Below are positions 44,364 through 61,162 of a stretch of 64,000 nt of DNA, in pieces. The position numbers were made by a program, and so were the translations under genes. The notes beneath the pieces were generated by a model that did no database searches, had not been told where the DNA came from, and saw only the letters and a program-made list of their open reading frames with translations. Numbering within the stretch: the stretch's first letter is position 1; each line of letters opens with the position of its first letter. The stretch lies in assembly GCF_009914755.1 (NCBI RefSeq), contig NC_060927.1. One strand, given 5' to 3'. Source of the stretch: the human T2T-CHM13v2.0 reference genome, Homo sapiens.

Positions 44364-46289
44364 TTCCCATATGTTTTAAAGAATCTCTAGATTTATAATA
44401 CCCAATGCAATGCCTACACATCACTTCATTCACATGGATTCAACATAGTATTTCATGTGTGGCAAATTCAAATTTTGCTTTTTGGAACTTTTTGAAATTT
44501 TTTTTCTAAATATTTTGTGTAGACTGGCATAGTATGTTGCAACCTTGCTAACCTCACTTAGTTCTAGGAGTATTCTGTGGATTCCTTGGTTTTCTACATA
44601 TACAGTGATGTAGCCAGTGAATAGAAATTGTTTTACTTCTTTCTTTCCAATTTGTATGTCTTTTATTTCCTTTTCTTGATTTATTTTACTGGCGAGAACT
44701 TCAATACCAATAGAAATTGCCAGAGAGGACATCCTTGCACTGTTCCCCAGCCAGAACTCCAATGTCAGTTAAGTTTTCAAAGTCTTTGCAGTGCTTTTTG
44801 GATCTGTCCCACAGATGCACCACCCACCCTGTTGCCAGTCTGGGACTTGGCAATGGTCTAACCCCTACTTCATTTCTCAAAGTCTAGGTATACTGTTTGG
44901 GGTCAGATTTCTGCATGCAGACTGCATGAATAAGCTCAAAAATTCATAATAAAATTTAAAGAGTTTATTTTCAAATATCTTATAATCTCCCAGTACTTTC
45001 TAGGTCAATGGGATTCCCCTTTCTCATTACCTAGTCAGAAAGCTGGTATGTTATTTACTCTGCTCAGCCATACAATTTCCATAATAGTGCCTTTGTTTGG
45101 AAGCAAGCAGATGAAAGAGAGAGAAAAAAAGCAATTGAGACTCATTCCACCCTCTTGTAACCACAGCTCCACTGATCTGAGAATGGTTCCCTAAAATCAG
45201 AGTTTTAAGCTCTTGCTAGACCCCAATCTGCTGTCACTGCAGGACTGCTTGAGGTTCATGGTGCAAGAGAACAGAGGAAAGAAAAAGGAAAAAAGAAAAA
45301 GTTTCTGTACTTTCTATTAGTATTACAATATCGCCTTCCCATTCTTTGAACCAGAACTGAAGGCTTCTCCTAGAGTTCTCTTATCCACATTAATGTCCAC
45401 TTAGGGGTTTTAGGCTGTGTTGATTTGAAGCCTGAGGATATGAGAGAGGTGAGAATGATAAATTAAACCCTGGTTCAACAGTACTTCAAAATCTGCTCCT
45501 TCTTAGTGCAACTTTTAAGATACGTCTTTTGGAGTCCTCAAATAGTTGCTCTAGGCCAGGTGTTTTAGCTGAGTTCAGTAGAAAAGACAGGTGAAATGTG
45601 TTTGCTCCATCTTACCCATAACAGGCATCTTAAGCCACGAAGTTCTGAGGTGAACTGTTACACAGAAATAGATAACTGGAGTACAATCCAACTCAAGAAG
45701 CAATCATTCAAGTGTGGTGTACATGAAACAACACAGCCTTTATACATCTTCTCTAGAAAAGTCACCAGATAATTATAAAACAGATGCTATCAGTTCAATG
45801 GCAGACTATTCTCTGCTTTCTTACCTTGGCTTCTAAGAAACAGATTCAATAGTTTCATTATTGGAGTAATCAAAGTGATAGCAGTAAAAACCATGGAAGC
45901 CTCTTAGTAGATGTGGGTTTATTCTGCTGTCAGGTATAATTTGTCAGTAAGGGTTTGGACATTTCATTCTTTCATGCCCTGACTGGTATCAGTCAGAATT
46001 AAGAGAATCATTGGAGGAAAAGGGAACAACGAGGAAAAATTTGGAAAGTGGAAATGCCCTAAGGGAAAAAATTTTCCCCAAAGTTATTCTTGTATAGAAT
46101 TCCTAAAACAAGGTTTTAGTTTTGCGGTCTTGAAAACAGAGTATTTCACCAGCAAGCAGCATTTCATTCAGAATAGCCTACCAACCTGTTTGTATAATTA
46201 AGCACTAATATTTCCTGAATTAAAATATCTAGGATGTCAATCAGCTCCACTAGCTATCATAAGCTTTGCCCAACATAAACAAATCACTA

Positions 46290-47300
46290 CACAGAAAGAA
46301 ACTGTGTAGATAGCACCATTTCACATCCACGAACAGGCAAAAATTTTAAGTGTTTGTGAAGATGCAGGTCAATGGGAACTTTCACACACTACTGATAGGA
46401 ATAAGTTAGCATAATCACTCTGGATAGCAATTTAGCAATATCTAGTTAAACAGAAGATGAATATACTGTATAACCCAGTAAATCCATTCCTAGGAATTAC
46501 TAGATAAATTAGTATATACTAGAGAAACTCCATATATTTGCATAAGAAGACATGTTCAAGAGTATTCACTGTAGCACTGTTTATGAAACAATGAAATATT
46601 GAAAACTGTATGTCCATTAACAGGAGAATCAACTTACAAACTGGTATATTCATAAAACAGAATACTATACAACAAGTAGATCAGAACTATATGTTATCAG
46701 TGTAAATAATTTCAAAAGCATGATATCAAGTGAAAAGAGTAAAGAAATTTTGCGTATACAGACTTGCATAACATGTAGAAGAGAATCATTTACATAAAAT
46801 TTAAAATCATGTAAAACAAAACTATATGTTTTTTTATGGACAGATGTACATGCAATACAAGTACATAGACATATTTGTTATTTGAGAGGCTGAGGTGGGC
46901 AGACTGCTTAAGCTCAGGAGTTTGACATCAGCCTGGGCAACATGGAGAAACCCCGTCACTACAAACAATATAAAAATTAGCTGGGCTTGGTGCTGGTGCC
47001 TGTAGTCCCAGCTACTTGAGGCTGAGGTGGGAGGATTGCTTGAGCCCAGAAGGCAGAGGCTGCAGTGAGCTGTGATTGCATCACTGCACTCCAGCATGGG
47101 TGACAGAGGGAGATTCTGTCTCAAAAAACACAAAAGAATAAAACACATATGTTAATGAAAAACACTAAATTCAGGATAGTACTTGTCTCTGAAGAAGCGG
47201 AATGGATTGAGGAATGGTACACAAAAAAATGAAAGTACCAAGTTTGAAAAGCTTGGTAATTGTGCTTGAGTGTTTGTTGTTATTCTCTTTTTCATTTTTC
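46290..47300 (+). mobile_element. Old L1 3' region (L1ME-like)
   Basis: ATAACCCAGTAAATCCATTCCTAGG and GTTCAAGAGTATTCACTGTAGCACTGTTT motifs. Confidence 0.75.
46880..47140 (+). mobile_element. 5'-truncated Alu (AluJ-like)
   Basis: Dimer inside L1. Confidence 0.93.
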
Positions 47301-47344
47301 TTGCATACAGCCACCCATTAATCTCTTTATTTTTCTGTTCGAAA

Positions 47345-47640
47345 TTTTTTTTTTTTTTTTGAGATGGAGTCTCGCCCTGTCACCCAGGCTGGAGGGCAGT
47401 GGCGTGATCTCGGCTCACTGCAAGCTCCGTCTCCGGGTTCATGCTGTTCTCCTGCCTCAGCCTCCCAAGCAGCTGGGACTACAGGCGCCCGCCACCACGC
47501 CCGGCTAATTTTTTACATTTTTAGCAGAGATGGGGTTTCACTGTGTTAGCCAGGCTGGTCTCTATCTCCTGACCTCATGACCCGCCCGCCTTGGCCTCCC
47601 AAAGTGTTGGGATTACAGGCGTGAGCCACTGCACCCAGCC
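47345..47640 (-). mobile_element. Alu (AluY-like)
   Basis: GCAAGCTCC diagnostic; TSD TCTGTT(C/T)GAAAT. Confidence 0.95.
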
Positions 47641-47760
47641 TCTGTTTGAAATATTTTATAACACAAAAATCAGAAAGAAAAAAACTATGAGAACATATAT
47701 ACATTACATTGTTAACATTCAAATGTTTAATGAAAGAATATTCTAACAATATGTTAGCTA

Positions 47761-48141
<381 letters not shown>

Positions 48142-48906
48142 TCAAAAGTGCATGTAAGAGAGCAAGTGAAAAACAGGTTAGCTTCTGTTATATCCTAAGT
48201 AAAGGTCTCATGACTCAAGACAGTAAGGAGAGGAGCAGCCTCTATGAGCTCTCTTGCTTTCCCCACCATCATCTGCTACAATACAGTACAGCAGGTTATT
48301 TGGCACATCTTGCAGCCTGGCAGTGATTTCGTTCAAAGCTGCGAACATGGTAGAAGCCTGCTGACCTTCTGGGGGGACTCCTGGAACATCAGAGAAAGAA
48401 AAGTCTACATGGAGTAGAGCCGAAAGACCTGCTCTTATCTGTAGACCTTAAGTAATGTACTTTGGCCAGAGTAGAAAGGGGAGTTTTACTCATTCTATAC
48501 CCTCTTCTGGCTCTCATATGACTTGCTGGGTAAGAAAGTAGAGAATTTGTTTTTTTGATCTTACAAATGACCCAAAAATCTGCTGGGTCACCTGAGTTAA
48601 GGCTGTGGATCTCGTGCAGGGATTGTGAGGAGGATGAGCAAGTGATCACCATGTTCACTTGGTATCTACTGGCACAAATGCCAAACTATCAATTCTACTG
48701 ACTCATCTGCATCTGCAACTGGCAGGACATACCTGTATCCCGTGCAGAGCCTGCCAGAATGCTACACTGTAGAGTCACTCAGGATAGTGAAAACTGTGGC
48801 AATAATTTTATCACACAATTGTTTAATACTTTAGTTACTTATCCCTTTATGTTAGTTGTACAATGTTAGGCAAAAACAAGTCTAGGCCATTTAATAATTG
48901 TGATGA

Positions 48907-49260
<354 letters not shown>

Positions 49261-49472
49261 GCAATTATTCAAGTATGAGTACCCTTTCTCTAACTTTTAA
49301 TTATAAAAAATTTCAAATATACTGGAAAAAAAACCAGAAAAGATGTTATAATAAACAGCCATATACCTACCACCCATACTCAACAACTGTTAACCTTTTG
49401 CCATATTTGCTTCACTTTCACACATATGCAAACCTAAACCACTTAAAGTAAATTACATATGATCCTCCACAC

Positions 49473-50152
49473 TGCTATGATCTGCATGTCTCCCCAAAAT
49501 TCATATGTTGGAACCTAATACCCAATGTGATAGTGTTAAAAGGTGGGGCTTTTGGAAAGTGATTAAGTCATAAGGGCTTCACCCTCATGAATGTGACTGC
49601 TGCCTTATAAAAGAGGCTAGAGGGGGGCCGGGCGTGGTGGCTCACACCTGTAATCCCAGCACTTTGGGAGGCTGAGGTGGGCGAATCACCTGAGGTCAGG
49701 AGTTCAAGACCAGAGACCAGTCTGGTCTGGCCAACATGGCAAAACCCCATCTCTACGAAAAAAATACAAAGATTAGCTGGGCGTGGTGGCACACACCTGT
49801 AATCGCAGCTACTCAGGAGACTGAAACAGAGAATTGCTTGAACCCAGGAAGCGGAGGTTGTAGTGAGCCGAGATCACGCCGCTGCACTCCAGCCTGGGCA
49901 ACACAGCAAGCCTCCATCTCAGAAAAAAAAAAAAAAGAGGCTTGACGGAATTCTCTTGCCCCTTTCACCATGTGATGATGCAGCAAGAAGGTGACATCTA
50001 TCTATGAGAAATAGGCCTTCACCAGACACCAAATCTGCTGGCACCTTGAACTTGGACTTCCCAGTTTCCAGAACTGTGAGAAATAAATTTCTGTTGTTTT
50101 TAAACTACCCAGTCTAGCGCATTTTGTTATAGTAGCCCTACAAACTAAGACA
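49473..50152 (+). mobile_element. MST-family (MaLR) solo LTR, interrupted by Alu
   Basis: TGCTATG...CTAAGACA termini; 5-bp TSD CACAC (49468-49472, 50153-50157); inserted in an old L1 fragment. Confidence 0.9.
49626..49936 (+). mobile_element. Alu (AluSx-like)
   Basis: TSD AAAAGAGGCT. Confidence 0.95.
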
Positions 50153-50430
50153 CACACCCCAAAATACTTCAGCACATATCTCCAAAATTTAAAGCCATTC
50201 TCCTAAATAACTACAATGCCATTCTCACACCTACTAAATTTACCATAATTTCTTGATATCATCTAATATTCAATGATATTAAAAAGTTGACCACTTAAAA
50301 TAGTTCCACTGTAACCAAGGATCTAAGTGCACAGGCTAGAAACCATTGGCCTATGAGTCACATGTCTTAGGGCAGAAATAATATATATAAACTCCAGAAC
50401 TATACTTCTTTCTTAAAAGAAAGAGAGCTC

Positions 50431-50825
<395 letters not shown>

Positions 50826-51261
50826 TCACGTTAATTAGGAAGCAGTATTCCTGGAATAGATCTTCATATATTACACAATTCTGTTGCAGTACCAGTTACT
50901 AATCCATAACCTACTTTACTTCCAAACAGGAATTTAAAATGACTTGTAAAATTTATTTGTTTTTAAAAAACTTTTAATAACAACTACTGTTTCAATAAAA
51001 ACTACAATTAAAGAATAAAAGTTATAATAGGAGACAGGGAAGCAGACAATTGAACTAGAAACATAAACCAAGGCTAGCTACTGCAAGTGAACACTTTTGA
51101 GTTTTCTAGCAACCAAAGCAAAAATGGAGATAGCGTGGTTTCATTGTAATTTTTTTCATTGGCGATTAAAAAAAGTGTTTAAGAATAGAATTTATCTCCA
51201 CTTAACTGGAGGAGAAATTTACACATGGACTTTTATATAAGAAGAACTAATAATTAAAATC

Positions 51262-51563
<302 letters not shown>

Positions 51564-51598
51564 TAAAATCTTTAAGAATTATCTTTTTTAAAGATTAA

Positions 51599-51905
<307 letters not shown>

Positions 51906-53809
51906 CACAGATGATTCTTATAACCATCTACAACAATAACCAAGGGCTTATAAGATCATAGTTCAGTGAATGAGTTTCTACATGAGCTGAAGGAACACAG
52001 TTTAAGTCTGTAGCTTTCTGGTAACCTGACTTGATACTGGAAGAGAGATAGTCTAGTAAGGAACAGGTCCCTTAGCATATTATTACCAAATATTAAGTAT
52101 CTAATCTCCATTTTTGTCACAAGTTGGTCAGCACAGAAGACTGAACTCACTGGCAAGCAGTCTGGCAATTAGCATATAATCTCCAAGTAAAACAGCCTAA
52201 AAATTTTTTTCCCCACTATTAGTTTCCTTTACACCAAACAGGTTCAATGTCCTGTTGCATAAGTTAATGGAAGAAAGAAATATTGCGAAAACCTGAGGAG
52301 TCTAATTTCAGATTCCCTGATCTTAAATACTACATAGGAAAAGGGTAAACTAGATTTAAGATTCTTACTTTTGGTTCCCTCTTTTGCTATTCCTCGTCAT
52401 TTATTAAGCACACAAGCACTTACGTGCAAGGTTAGCATACAGCATTAGTTTTCTCTCAAATAATGTTTCTCAACTCAATTGTTCCTTCTGAATCCCAGTC
52501 CTGCCATTTCAGAGAAACAGAGCGGTGTAAGTGAGAACAGCTCAGGTCTTTGCAATCTCTGAAGACGTCCTAGTCTGCACGTGTTTCAGACTGCCTTGCA
52601 TGGAGCCTGGGCCCAATATATACTAGTTACCTTTCCTGTTCCATACTTCCATCTCAGATGTATTCTCCTAGATACCAATCACTATGAATTTCTATGCAGA
52701 AATTGCAAGTCTGCTAGTCAGAATTAGAGTTCAAAGTTCTTTGCTTCCCCTGTGCCAGCTGATGACATCTCCACACCTCAGTTCTATCCAAGAGAAGCAT
52801 GTCCACTGCTTGATAACTTAGTAGCACAAGTAAAGCTTAAACTTTGTACTCGTCATTAAAAAGGCAATGGCATAGGATAAATCAAGGAATAAAAATTGTT
52901 CTGCTCTTTTCTGTACTTCCTTTCTGGTATGACTCTTAATATATTCCCAAATAATGTTTCCTAACTCATGGGAGTTCTCAACTCAACCACGGGAAGGGTG
53001 AGAAGTATGCAAAAAGCTGAGATCAGAGCTATAAAGTACTCAAGAGATGCTTAGTTCCATGACATTGGGAAAGTAACCACAGGCCCTTTATCGGTGGGGT
53101 GAGAAGAGTATAAATATGAGAACCAATTCTAAGAAATGATTTTTTCATAGTTCAAAGCAAAGTCTACCTATCTCTACAAGCTGTAATTTATTTTGGCCTC
53201 TTGTACTTACCACTGTTCCCCATTGTGACTTCATTACCTCACTGGTCTTCTTTCTTTGACTCCTGAACAAAAATTTCAAAGATTCTAGCACACGTACAGA
53301 TAAACTATTATTTGACTGGGCTTTACAACATCTAGTTCTGGTACTTATAAGTTAATCAGATAGCATATACCTTTAACCTTATTAACATATGGCACTCTTC
53401 CACTTCACATCTGAGATCACCAATCTCAGGACTCATTGCCCCTTTGGAATTATACCTTAAGCTTTCATATGTCTAATATGTCTAATAATTTTAGTCTCAT
53501 TGCTAGTATCCTATTCCCTTTCCATACCCACCCACCAGGATCTATTATCTTTCAAGCAAAAATCATGGTGATATAAAGAAATCAGGAAGAACTGGATTAG
53601 AATCACTGCTGTGTTGACTATGACAGTATAACTTTCATAATTACTGAAAACTGGTTTCTTCATCATCAAAAGGAGGATACAGCATCCCTTACATAATTGT
53701 TTTGAATAAAGACACATGTACTATCAGCTGCTACTAGTAGTACTGCACTGAATAATTTCCAAATTTCAAATATAATAATCCCTTCTACCTGTATGGCTGT
53801 TTAAAAAGT

Positions 53810-54010
53810 TTCCAAAGTAATTTGACATTATCTCCATTTTATAAAAGAGAAGATTGAGGCTTGCAAAAGTCCTGCATATGTTAGAGCCTCAGTAAAGGCA
53901 AGCTACCATTCAGAAGGCCATGATTTATTCAAGGTCACACACCTAATATAGATTATAATTAGAACTAAGGACTTCTGACTCTTCACTAACAATCTTTCTA
54001 CTACTTTGCC
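53810..54010 (-). mobile_element. MIR fragment
   Basis: CTCCATTTTATAAAAGAGAAGATTGAGGCT and CAAGGTCACAC cores. Confidence 0.6.
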
Positions 54011-54499
54011 ACTGAGTTAATTGTCTCTAATTCTGTGCTGCTATATTTATTTGAAGGAAATAAAATTATAAATTACATTTTTTATGCTCGATCTCTGCTT
54101 TAACTGCTTTCTGTTGGCTTTATCTTATAAATTTAGAGCAGCTCTCATATACTTAAACTTGTCTCCATTTCTCCACACACTTATTATAATCACTGAAGAT
54201 TCCACAACTTATTAAACAGAAGAGGTTGAGATCATCAGTTATGTCTTAACAGACTTCTACCACTACAACTTCATTCTCTAATTCCGTATTTTAACTCTTA
54301 CTTATATACAACACAGGCAAACACCTCTCTGATTCAAATATCTTATCTTAATCTCATATAATTCACATAATTTATCTAGAAACCAGACTGGAATGCTATC
54401 ATTTCTGCTATTTAAATTCCTCCTTTAAAGACAATGCTGAAGAATCATTTCCTCTGTCAAGATAACTCACAGGGAAAAGATGAATAGTCTTGATCTTTT

Positions 54500-55655
54500 G
54501 GATGAAAGACCTAAATCTAAAACTCTCGTAAGAAAACATGGATGTAAATCTTTGTGACCTTGAATAGTCAATGAGTCTGTTTGTGTTTTTTTCCTGGTCC
54601 TTGATTTAGGATAGGCAGTGGTTTCTCAGATATGACACCAAAAACATAAACAACAAAAGAAAAAAAATAGATATGATCAAAATTAAAAACTGTTATGCTT
54701 CAAAGGACACCATTAACAAAGTGAAAAGATAAAAACCACAGAGGAAAGAATCTTGCAAATCATACATCTGATAAGGAACTTGTACACAGAATATATAAAA
54801 AATTATAAGTCAAAATTGAAAAGACAATCCAATTACAAAATGGACAGAGGACCTGAACAGACAGTTCTTCCAAGATGATTACAAATGGCCAATAAGCACA
54901 TAAAAAGATGCTCAGCTCATCATTAACCACCAAGGAAGTGTAAATAAAAATGTGATACTACTTCATACCCACTAGGATGGCTATAAAGACAGATAATAAT
55001 AACAATTGGTAAGAATGTGCAGAAATTGAAACCCTCATATATTGCTAGTGGTAAAAGGTATGGCATGTTTGGAAAATAGTCTGGCAATTCCCTAAATGAT
55101 TAATCTACTCCTACATGTATACACCCAGGAGAAATGAATAAATGTTTCCACAGATATTCACAGCAGCGTTATTCATACTGTCCAAAAAGTAGAAACAACA
55201 TAAATGTCCATCAACTGATAAATGGATAAAATGTGACATATCCACATAATAGAATATGATTTTGCAGTAAGAAATGCATTATGACATGGATAAACCTTCA
55301 AAACAATGTGCTAAATAAAAGTAGCCAGATCTGAAGGACCATGTATTACATGTTTCTGGAAAGAAGCCAGCCCCAAAGGACGACATATTGTATGATTCCC
55401 TTTATAGAAGATGTCCAGAATAGGCAAATCTATAGGGATAGAAAATAGATTAGTAATTGCCTAGTGCCGGGGGAGAATGGGGAGATTGGGCAGTGATGCC
55501 TAAGAGGTATGGGGCTTCCTTTTGAGATAATAAAAATGTTCTAAAATTGTAGTAATGGTTGCACTCTGTGAATCTACTAAAAGCCATGGACTGTATACTT
55601 TCAATGGGTGAGGTGTATGGTATAAGAATTATATTTCAAAAAGCTCTTTCTAAAA
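54500..55655 (+). mobile_element. L1 3' region (L1MB-like)
   Basis: GCAAATCATACATCTGATAAGG, ATGTCCATCAACTGATAAATGGATAA and TTGTATGATTCC motifs. Confidence 0.85.
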
Positions 55656-56759
55656 AGTCACTCCTCCATGAAATATTTCCACAGACGAGTCTCACTTGTC
55701 AGTTTCCTCATCTTTGAAGCTTCTTAAGAAAAAATTCTTGGTTGAACCAAGTCTCTGAGGATGATTTGCTTGTAGTTTGTACATCTGAACTTAATGATCA
55801 ACTAAGAATTCTAGAGGGATTGGGATAAGGAAGGAATTAAACATTCCATAAAAGACTACTTTTGTAGAAAAGTGTCATCTGTACTCCATGGTATCGCCTA
55901 TGGTAAATCTGTGGAATTAAGCAGCTACCCCTCTATATGTTTATGTGAAGTATTCAGAGCAAAAAATTAAATCACAAAGTGACAAGATAGGGTTGTAGTA
56001 ACATTACACAAATGGCACCATGGAATATGCATGACTGATACCAGAATTAGAAATACTGATAAAATTGTTATATTACAATGAACCATGGATTCTTTTGGAT
56101 TAAAAAAAGTCTCTTCATTCTAAACAATTTATGACTTATTTTACTAAAAAGGCTACGATAGCTGGCAAATAAGCTAACCTATCTGCAAAATGCCCATTCC
56201 TGCTAAAGAAAAAATTCTTGACCCAGAACTTCAAAAATAAAGTTAACTGAAGTCACAACGTGCTTGATATTTATTAACTCATTTTCCAATCAAGTTTTTA
56301 AAAATAACTTCACTGTTTTTTAAAAAAATCAGATTTCTTTTCATTCTGGTAGGTGTCATTTGCCAAGTGCACTTGTTTAAAAAAAAAAAAAAGAGTACAG
56401 TCATAATAGTATCTAATGAAGCTGTCCACAGTGAAAAGCCTCTTTAATTTCAGTGACACCTAAGAGTATGATTTTAAAATACTTTCTTTGAAATTATGTA
56501 AGTTTCTGGATTAATTCTGACTGATATTGTGTTCCATGTACCAAGTTAGATGCAAAATAGATGCTTACATAGCTGATAAGATATCTGAACCTTACAATTT
56601 CACCTTTTAACTTTAATACTGGCACCAAGTTAGAGGTCAAGGAGCTCTGGTAGCAATTTCAAGGGAGGACACAGGAGGATGTCAAAAAGATTGGTTGTCG
56701 TAGTTTTTAGAAACCTCAATACAACCCATTTAACTTCACCACTTTCTTTTTCCTTTTCT

Positions 56760-57028
56760 AGTTTTATTTTTAATATAAACAGACAGGGTCTCACTATGTT
56801 GCCCAGGCTGGTCTTGAACTCCTGGGCTCAAGCAATCCTCCTAACTCAGCGTCCGAAAGCACTGGGATTACAGGCGTGAGGCACCGCACCCAGCCTCTTT
56901 ATTATTTTTTAAGAGATGAGGTCTTGCTATGTTGCCCAGGCTGGTCTCAAACTCCTAGGCTCAAGTGATCCTCCCACCTCAGCCTCTCAAGCAGCTGGAA
57001 CTACAAGCACACACACCTGTGCCCAGCA
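56760..57028 (-). mobile_element. Two tandem Alu left-arm monomers (56760-56895, 56896-57028)
   Basis: Shared outer TSD AAC(T/G)TCACCACTTTCT. Confidence 0.88.
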
Positions 57029-57149
57029 TAACGTCACCACTTTCTAAAGAAAATAGCATGCATACACACACATATATCACCTTCCTTATCATCACCAAGG
57101 TTTCCAATCATACATATTTAATATATAATGTTAGTATGGTATGATATAC

Positions 57150-57350
57150 AAAGAGTTTCACATATATTTGATATAATCCTCAGAACAGCTCCAGGAGGCA
57201 GTTATAATTACTACCACCCTTCACTCAAAGATGAAACTGAGAGGATGAGAAACTTACTCAAGGTAACAAAGCTGAGAGGTAATAAAGAAGGATTTCAAAT
57301 CCACGGTTTTCAGCTTACAAAGCCTATCTGTGCCTTGAACTATTATGATG
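57150..57350 (-). mobile_element. MIR
   Basis: GATGAAACTGAG...AACTTACTCAAGGTAACAAAGCT...GGATTTCAAATCCA. Confidence 0.7.
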
Positions 57351-58120
57351 CTTTTTGTTAATCATTTAGAGTACATCAAGAATCTTCCTCACTGCTCCAC
57401 AGAAGGAAAAATTCACAGTTCAGAAAGTTTAAGAGATTTCTCCATTATCACACAATAATAGAGCAATTTCAAGGGGAGATGTAGACATATTGAGTAATAA
57501 TGGAGAGAATAAAAATTTCTTGTAAGACATGCACTGCACTGTCATGTGCTAAATGAAATTAAACTAGATTTCAAGGTATCAGCTACCATTTCTGGAGGCA
57601 CTGCTATCTACTAGGAAGATTTTTATTCAAAAGTACAAAAACAAAGAGAAAAAAACTTCGTTACAATTTTAAACATGCACTCACACTTCTTGAAATTCAC
57701 TCTTCTCTTGGGCTTGTATGATGAGATTATAAAACATTTTGTTGTCATATCCTACACCAACTGTACACCTTCTCTTGTGAGCACAGAGAATAACACCAAC
57801 AGCTTCTCAGCCACAGTGCTAAACTGAGCGCTTCACTCCGCAGCTCAGCCTGTGCCAAGAGTAGTTTTGCATTTCTCTAAGCCTACTTGTTTCCACAAGA
57901 ATCCTCCTCTTCAGAGCAAATGCCCTGATGGGAAATGCTGTATGTTTATAGTTGTGATTGCAGCCACTAGGGCTTGTTGCCAGACATTCTGGATCCTAAG
58001 GATCTTAGCCACTCTTTCTCCATTTTAGCTGCACAAAGCATGTCCTTCCCAAAGGAGAGAGAGAGAGAAGCCTTTAAATAGACACAGCTGAATCTTTTCT
58101 CATTTTAAAAAAGTAAGATG

Positions 58121-58381
58121 GGACCAGGCATGGTGGCTCACACCTGTAAATCCCAGCACTTTGGGAGGCCGAGGCGGGTGGATCACCTGAAGTCAGGAGT
58201 TCGAGACCAGCCTGGCCAACATGGTAAAACCCCGTCTCTACTAAAAATATAAAAAAATTAGCTGAGTGTGGTGGCACCTGCATATAATCCCAGCTACTCG
58301 GGAGCCGAGATTGTGCCACTGCACTCCAGCCTGGGCAACACAGTGAGACTCTCCCTAAAAAAAAAAAAGGAAAGAAAAAAA
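58121..58381 (+). mobile_element. Alu (AluSx-like, right-arm deletion)
   Basis: CTCGGGAG joined directly to CCGAGATTG. Confidence 0.93.
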
Positions 58382-58384
58382 GCC

Positions 58385-58500
58385 AGATGGGGTCTTTCTT
58401 TGTTGCCCACGCTGGTCTCAAACACCTGGCCTTAAGTGATCCTCCCGCCTCAGCCTCCCAAAGTGCTGGGATTACAGACATGAGCCACTGCACCCAGCCC
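58385..58500 (-). mobile_element. Alu left arm, inverted relative to the preceding Alu
   Basis: CCTCCCAAAGTGCTGGGATTACAG. Confidence 0.9.
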
Positions 58501-58616
58501 TGAACCTCTTTCCTTTTTCTCTTTTTAAATCCTTGCAAGGAGGGGGGTAAAAAAAACAACTAAGTACCCTTAGAGAGAAATTAATAAATATGCATATAGC
58601 TTTAAAAACTGGTTTA

Positions 58617-58900
<284 letters not shown>

Positions 58901-59289
58901 TTAGTTTTTTTTAACTATGCAGACTGATGACTACTGTGTAATATAAAGTATTACAAACCATGGTTCTAAATTTGATCCTGCAAGTAAACTTGGTGATAAT
59001 GAGCCAAGTCACATTTATACTCTGCCTCACTTGTGCATTTGAATAATAGGTGTTTTCCCCTAAAGGTATTGGGTGGCTTAAGGAAATACAATAAACATTG
59101 CTAGCATTCTTAAAAGAGCAAATGGAGCAATATAAGGAATATCTGAAATAAATGCATTCTCAATAGTTTAAAATTCCCTATACCTAATTCCCCTATATTC
59201 TTTACAAGGTTGGGGTAAGAGTCTGTTGTGTTCAGTATTACATCACCAGCACCCTGTGCAATGCCCTGAACACAGCAGGCACTCCACTG

Positions 59290-59520
59290 GAGATAAGAGT
59301 GTGGAGGAGCAGAAAGAACACCTACTACCTTACTTGGCCTCTTGCTAGTTTTTTAACATTGGGCAACCTTTTTAATCCCAATCTCAGTTACCTCATCAGC
59401 ACAACAGGATAATAATTACTTTGTATCATTGTTGGGAGAATAAATCATTGCTGTGAAAATGAATCAATGTATAATAGTACTTTTTCTTCTAGGCATTAAA
59501 AGGTATTCAATAAAATGTTA
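59290..59520 (+). mobile_element. MIR
   Basis: TTGGGCAAC...CTCAGTTACCTCATC...AGGATAATAAT core. Confidence 0.6.
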
Positions 59521-60730
59521 ATTCCTCATATATATGAAGACTGATTTAAAACCTACATTTAATTAGGCCACACATGCTCTATTAACGTAAGCTGCAGGAG
59601 GATTTCTAAAAATAAACTCAGAGTCCCCTCAGTTACATATATATAAAAAAAAGTTCAACATTTTTTGCATCACAAACCCCTCTGAGAATTTAATGAAAAC
59701 TATGCATTCTTTCTCCCGAAAAAAAATTCACACACATGCAAATTTACATATAATCCGAGGAAATCCATGGACCATATGGTTCTTTTCAAAGCTCAGCAAA
59801 GTCTGGCAACACTTCAGGAGTATATACATAATATTTGGCTCCATTTATAAACTTATATACCTTCATTTTAAGCTATATTGTTTCAAAATTATTTATAAAT
59901 TACTTCGATAATTTAAAATATTTTAAAATTGAAACAACCACAATATTCCTATCTAATACCACAAGGTTTATTGTAGTTTTCTTCCTTTCCATATTTGGAA
60001 CTCTCTTATTACTATGAGAAACCTGCTCTCATCACCCTCACTGTATTTATCAATCCCTCTCCTTCCATATGTAACCAATCTTCTATCTCTGCAGCTACCA
60101 CCTCCCTGGTGTAGATGTCAACCTCATCCCACTTGGGCTCTGAAACTCCACACTAAGGAACTTCACTGCACCATGGATTCCCTTCTCACCCAACATGAAT
60201 CCGACCCCTTATCATCACGCTGTACAGCTGCACAGACCCATTCCTTCCCCCTCACATCCCCTGGGCTCTGATGTGTCACCTGTCCGTACTCACTCCTTCC
60301 CACCCATGTCCTGCAGTAGCAGAAACACACTTTTCTCCTATAGTAATAACTAAGAAAGAACCCTGTAAACTGAATACAATCCAGGAAACTCCTTGGAAAT
60401 ATCTATGAAGAGAACTTGAAGAAAAAAGAACTTTAAACCATTTTCACACAGGATAAGACTTAGAAATATATTATTTTGAATAACTAGGAAAACATGGACT
60501 TAATCAGCACTCTTAGCTGAGCAAGTAGGTCATGTTACATACACCTAAAGAAATTTTACCCATATTATCTATAGAGACTCAGTATTCTGTGGCAAACCCA
60601 AAGCCAGGTTCAACACTTCCTGTGTCTCAAAACTGTATTGAAATAAACAGCCATGTCATCATGCCACTTCCCTGGTATCTTGCCATTCAGTTCTTGCCTG
60701 CTACATATGGGTAAATGGATGAGATTTGGG

Positions 60731-61060
<330 letters not shown>

Positions 61061-61162
61061 TAATTAACTTTTAGGTACAACTTCATAAAATGTTTCATAA
61101 ATCATTATAGCAGCTACTACATACCCAAGATCTGTACTAGGTGCTACTTAATTTCAATTTCG

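Noticed and set aside
44430-44762. 110-aa ORF resembling reverse transcriptase (EIKDIQIGKKEVK)
   Set aside because: Decayed L1 ORF2 fragment, not a host gene
57958-57977. CTCF-like GCAGCCACTAGGGC
   Set aside because: Lacks the full GGGGGC 3' core; match too weak
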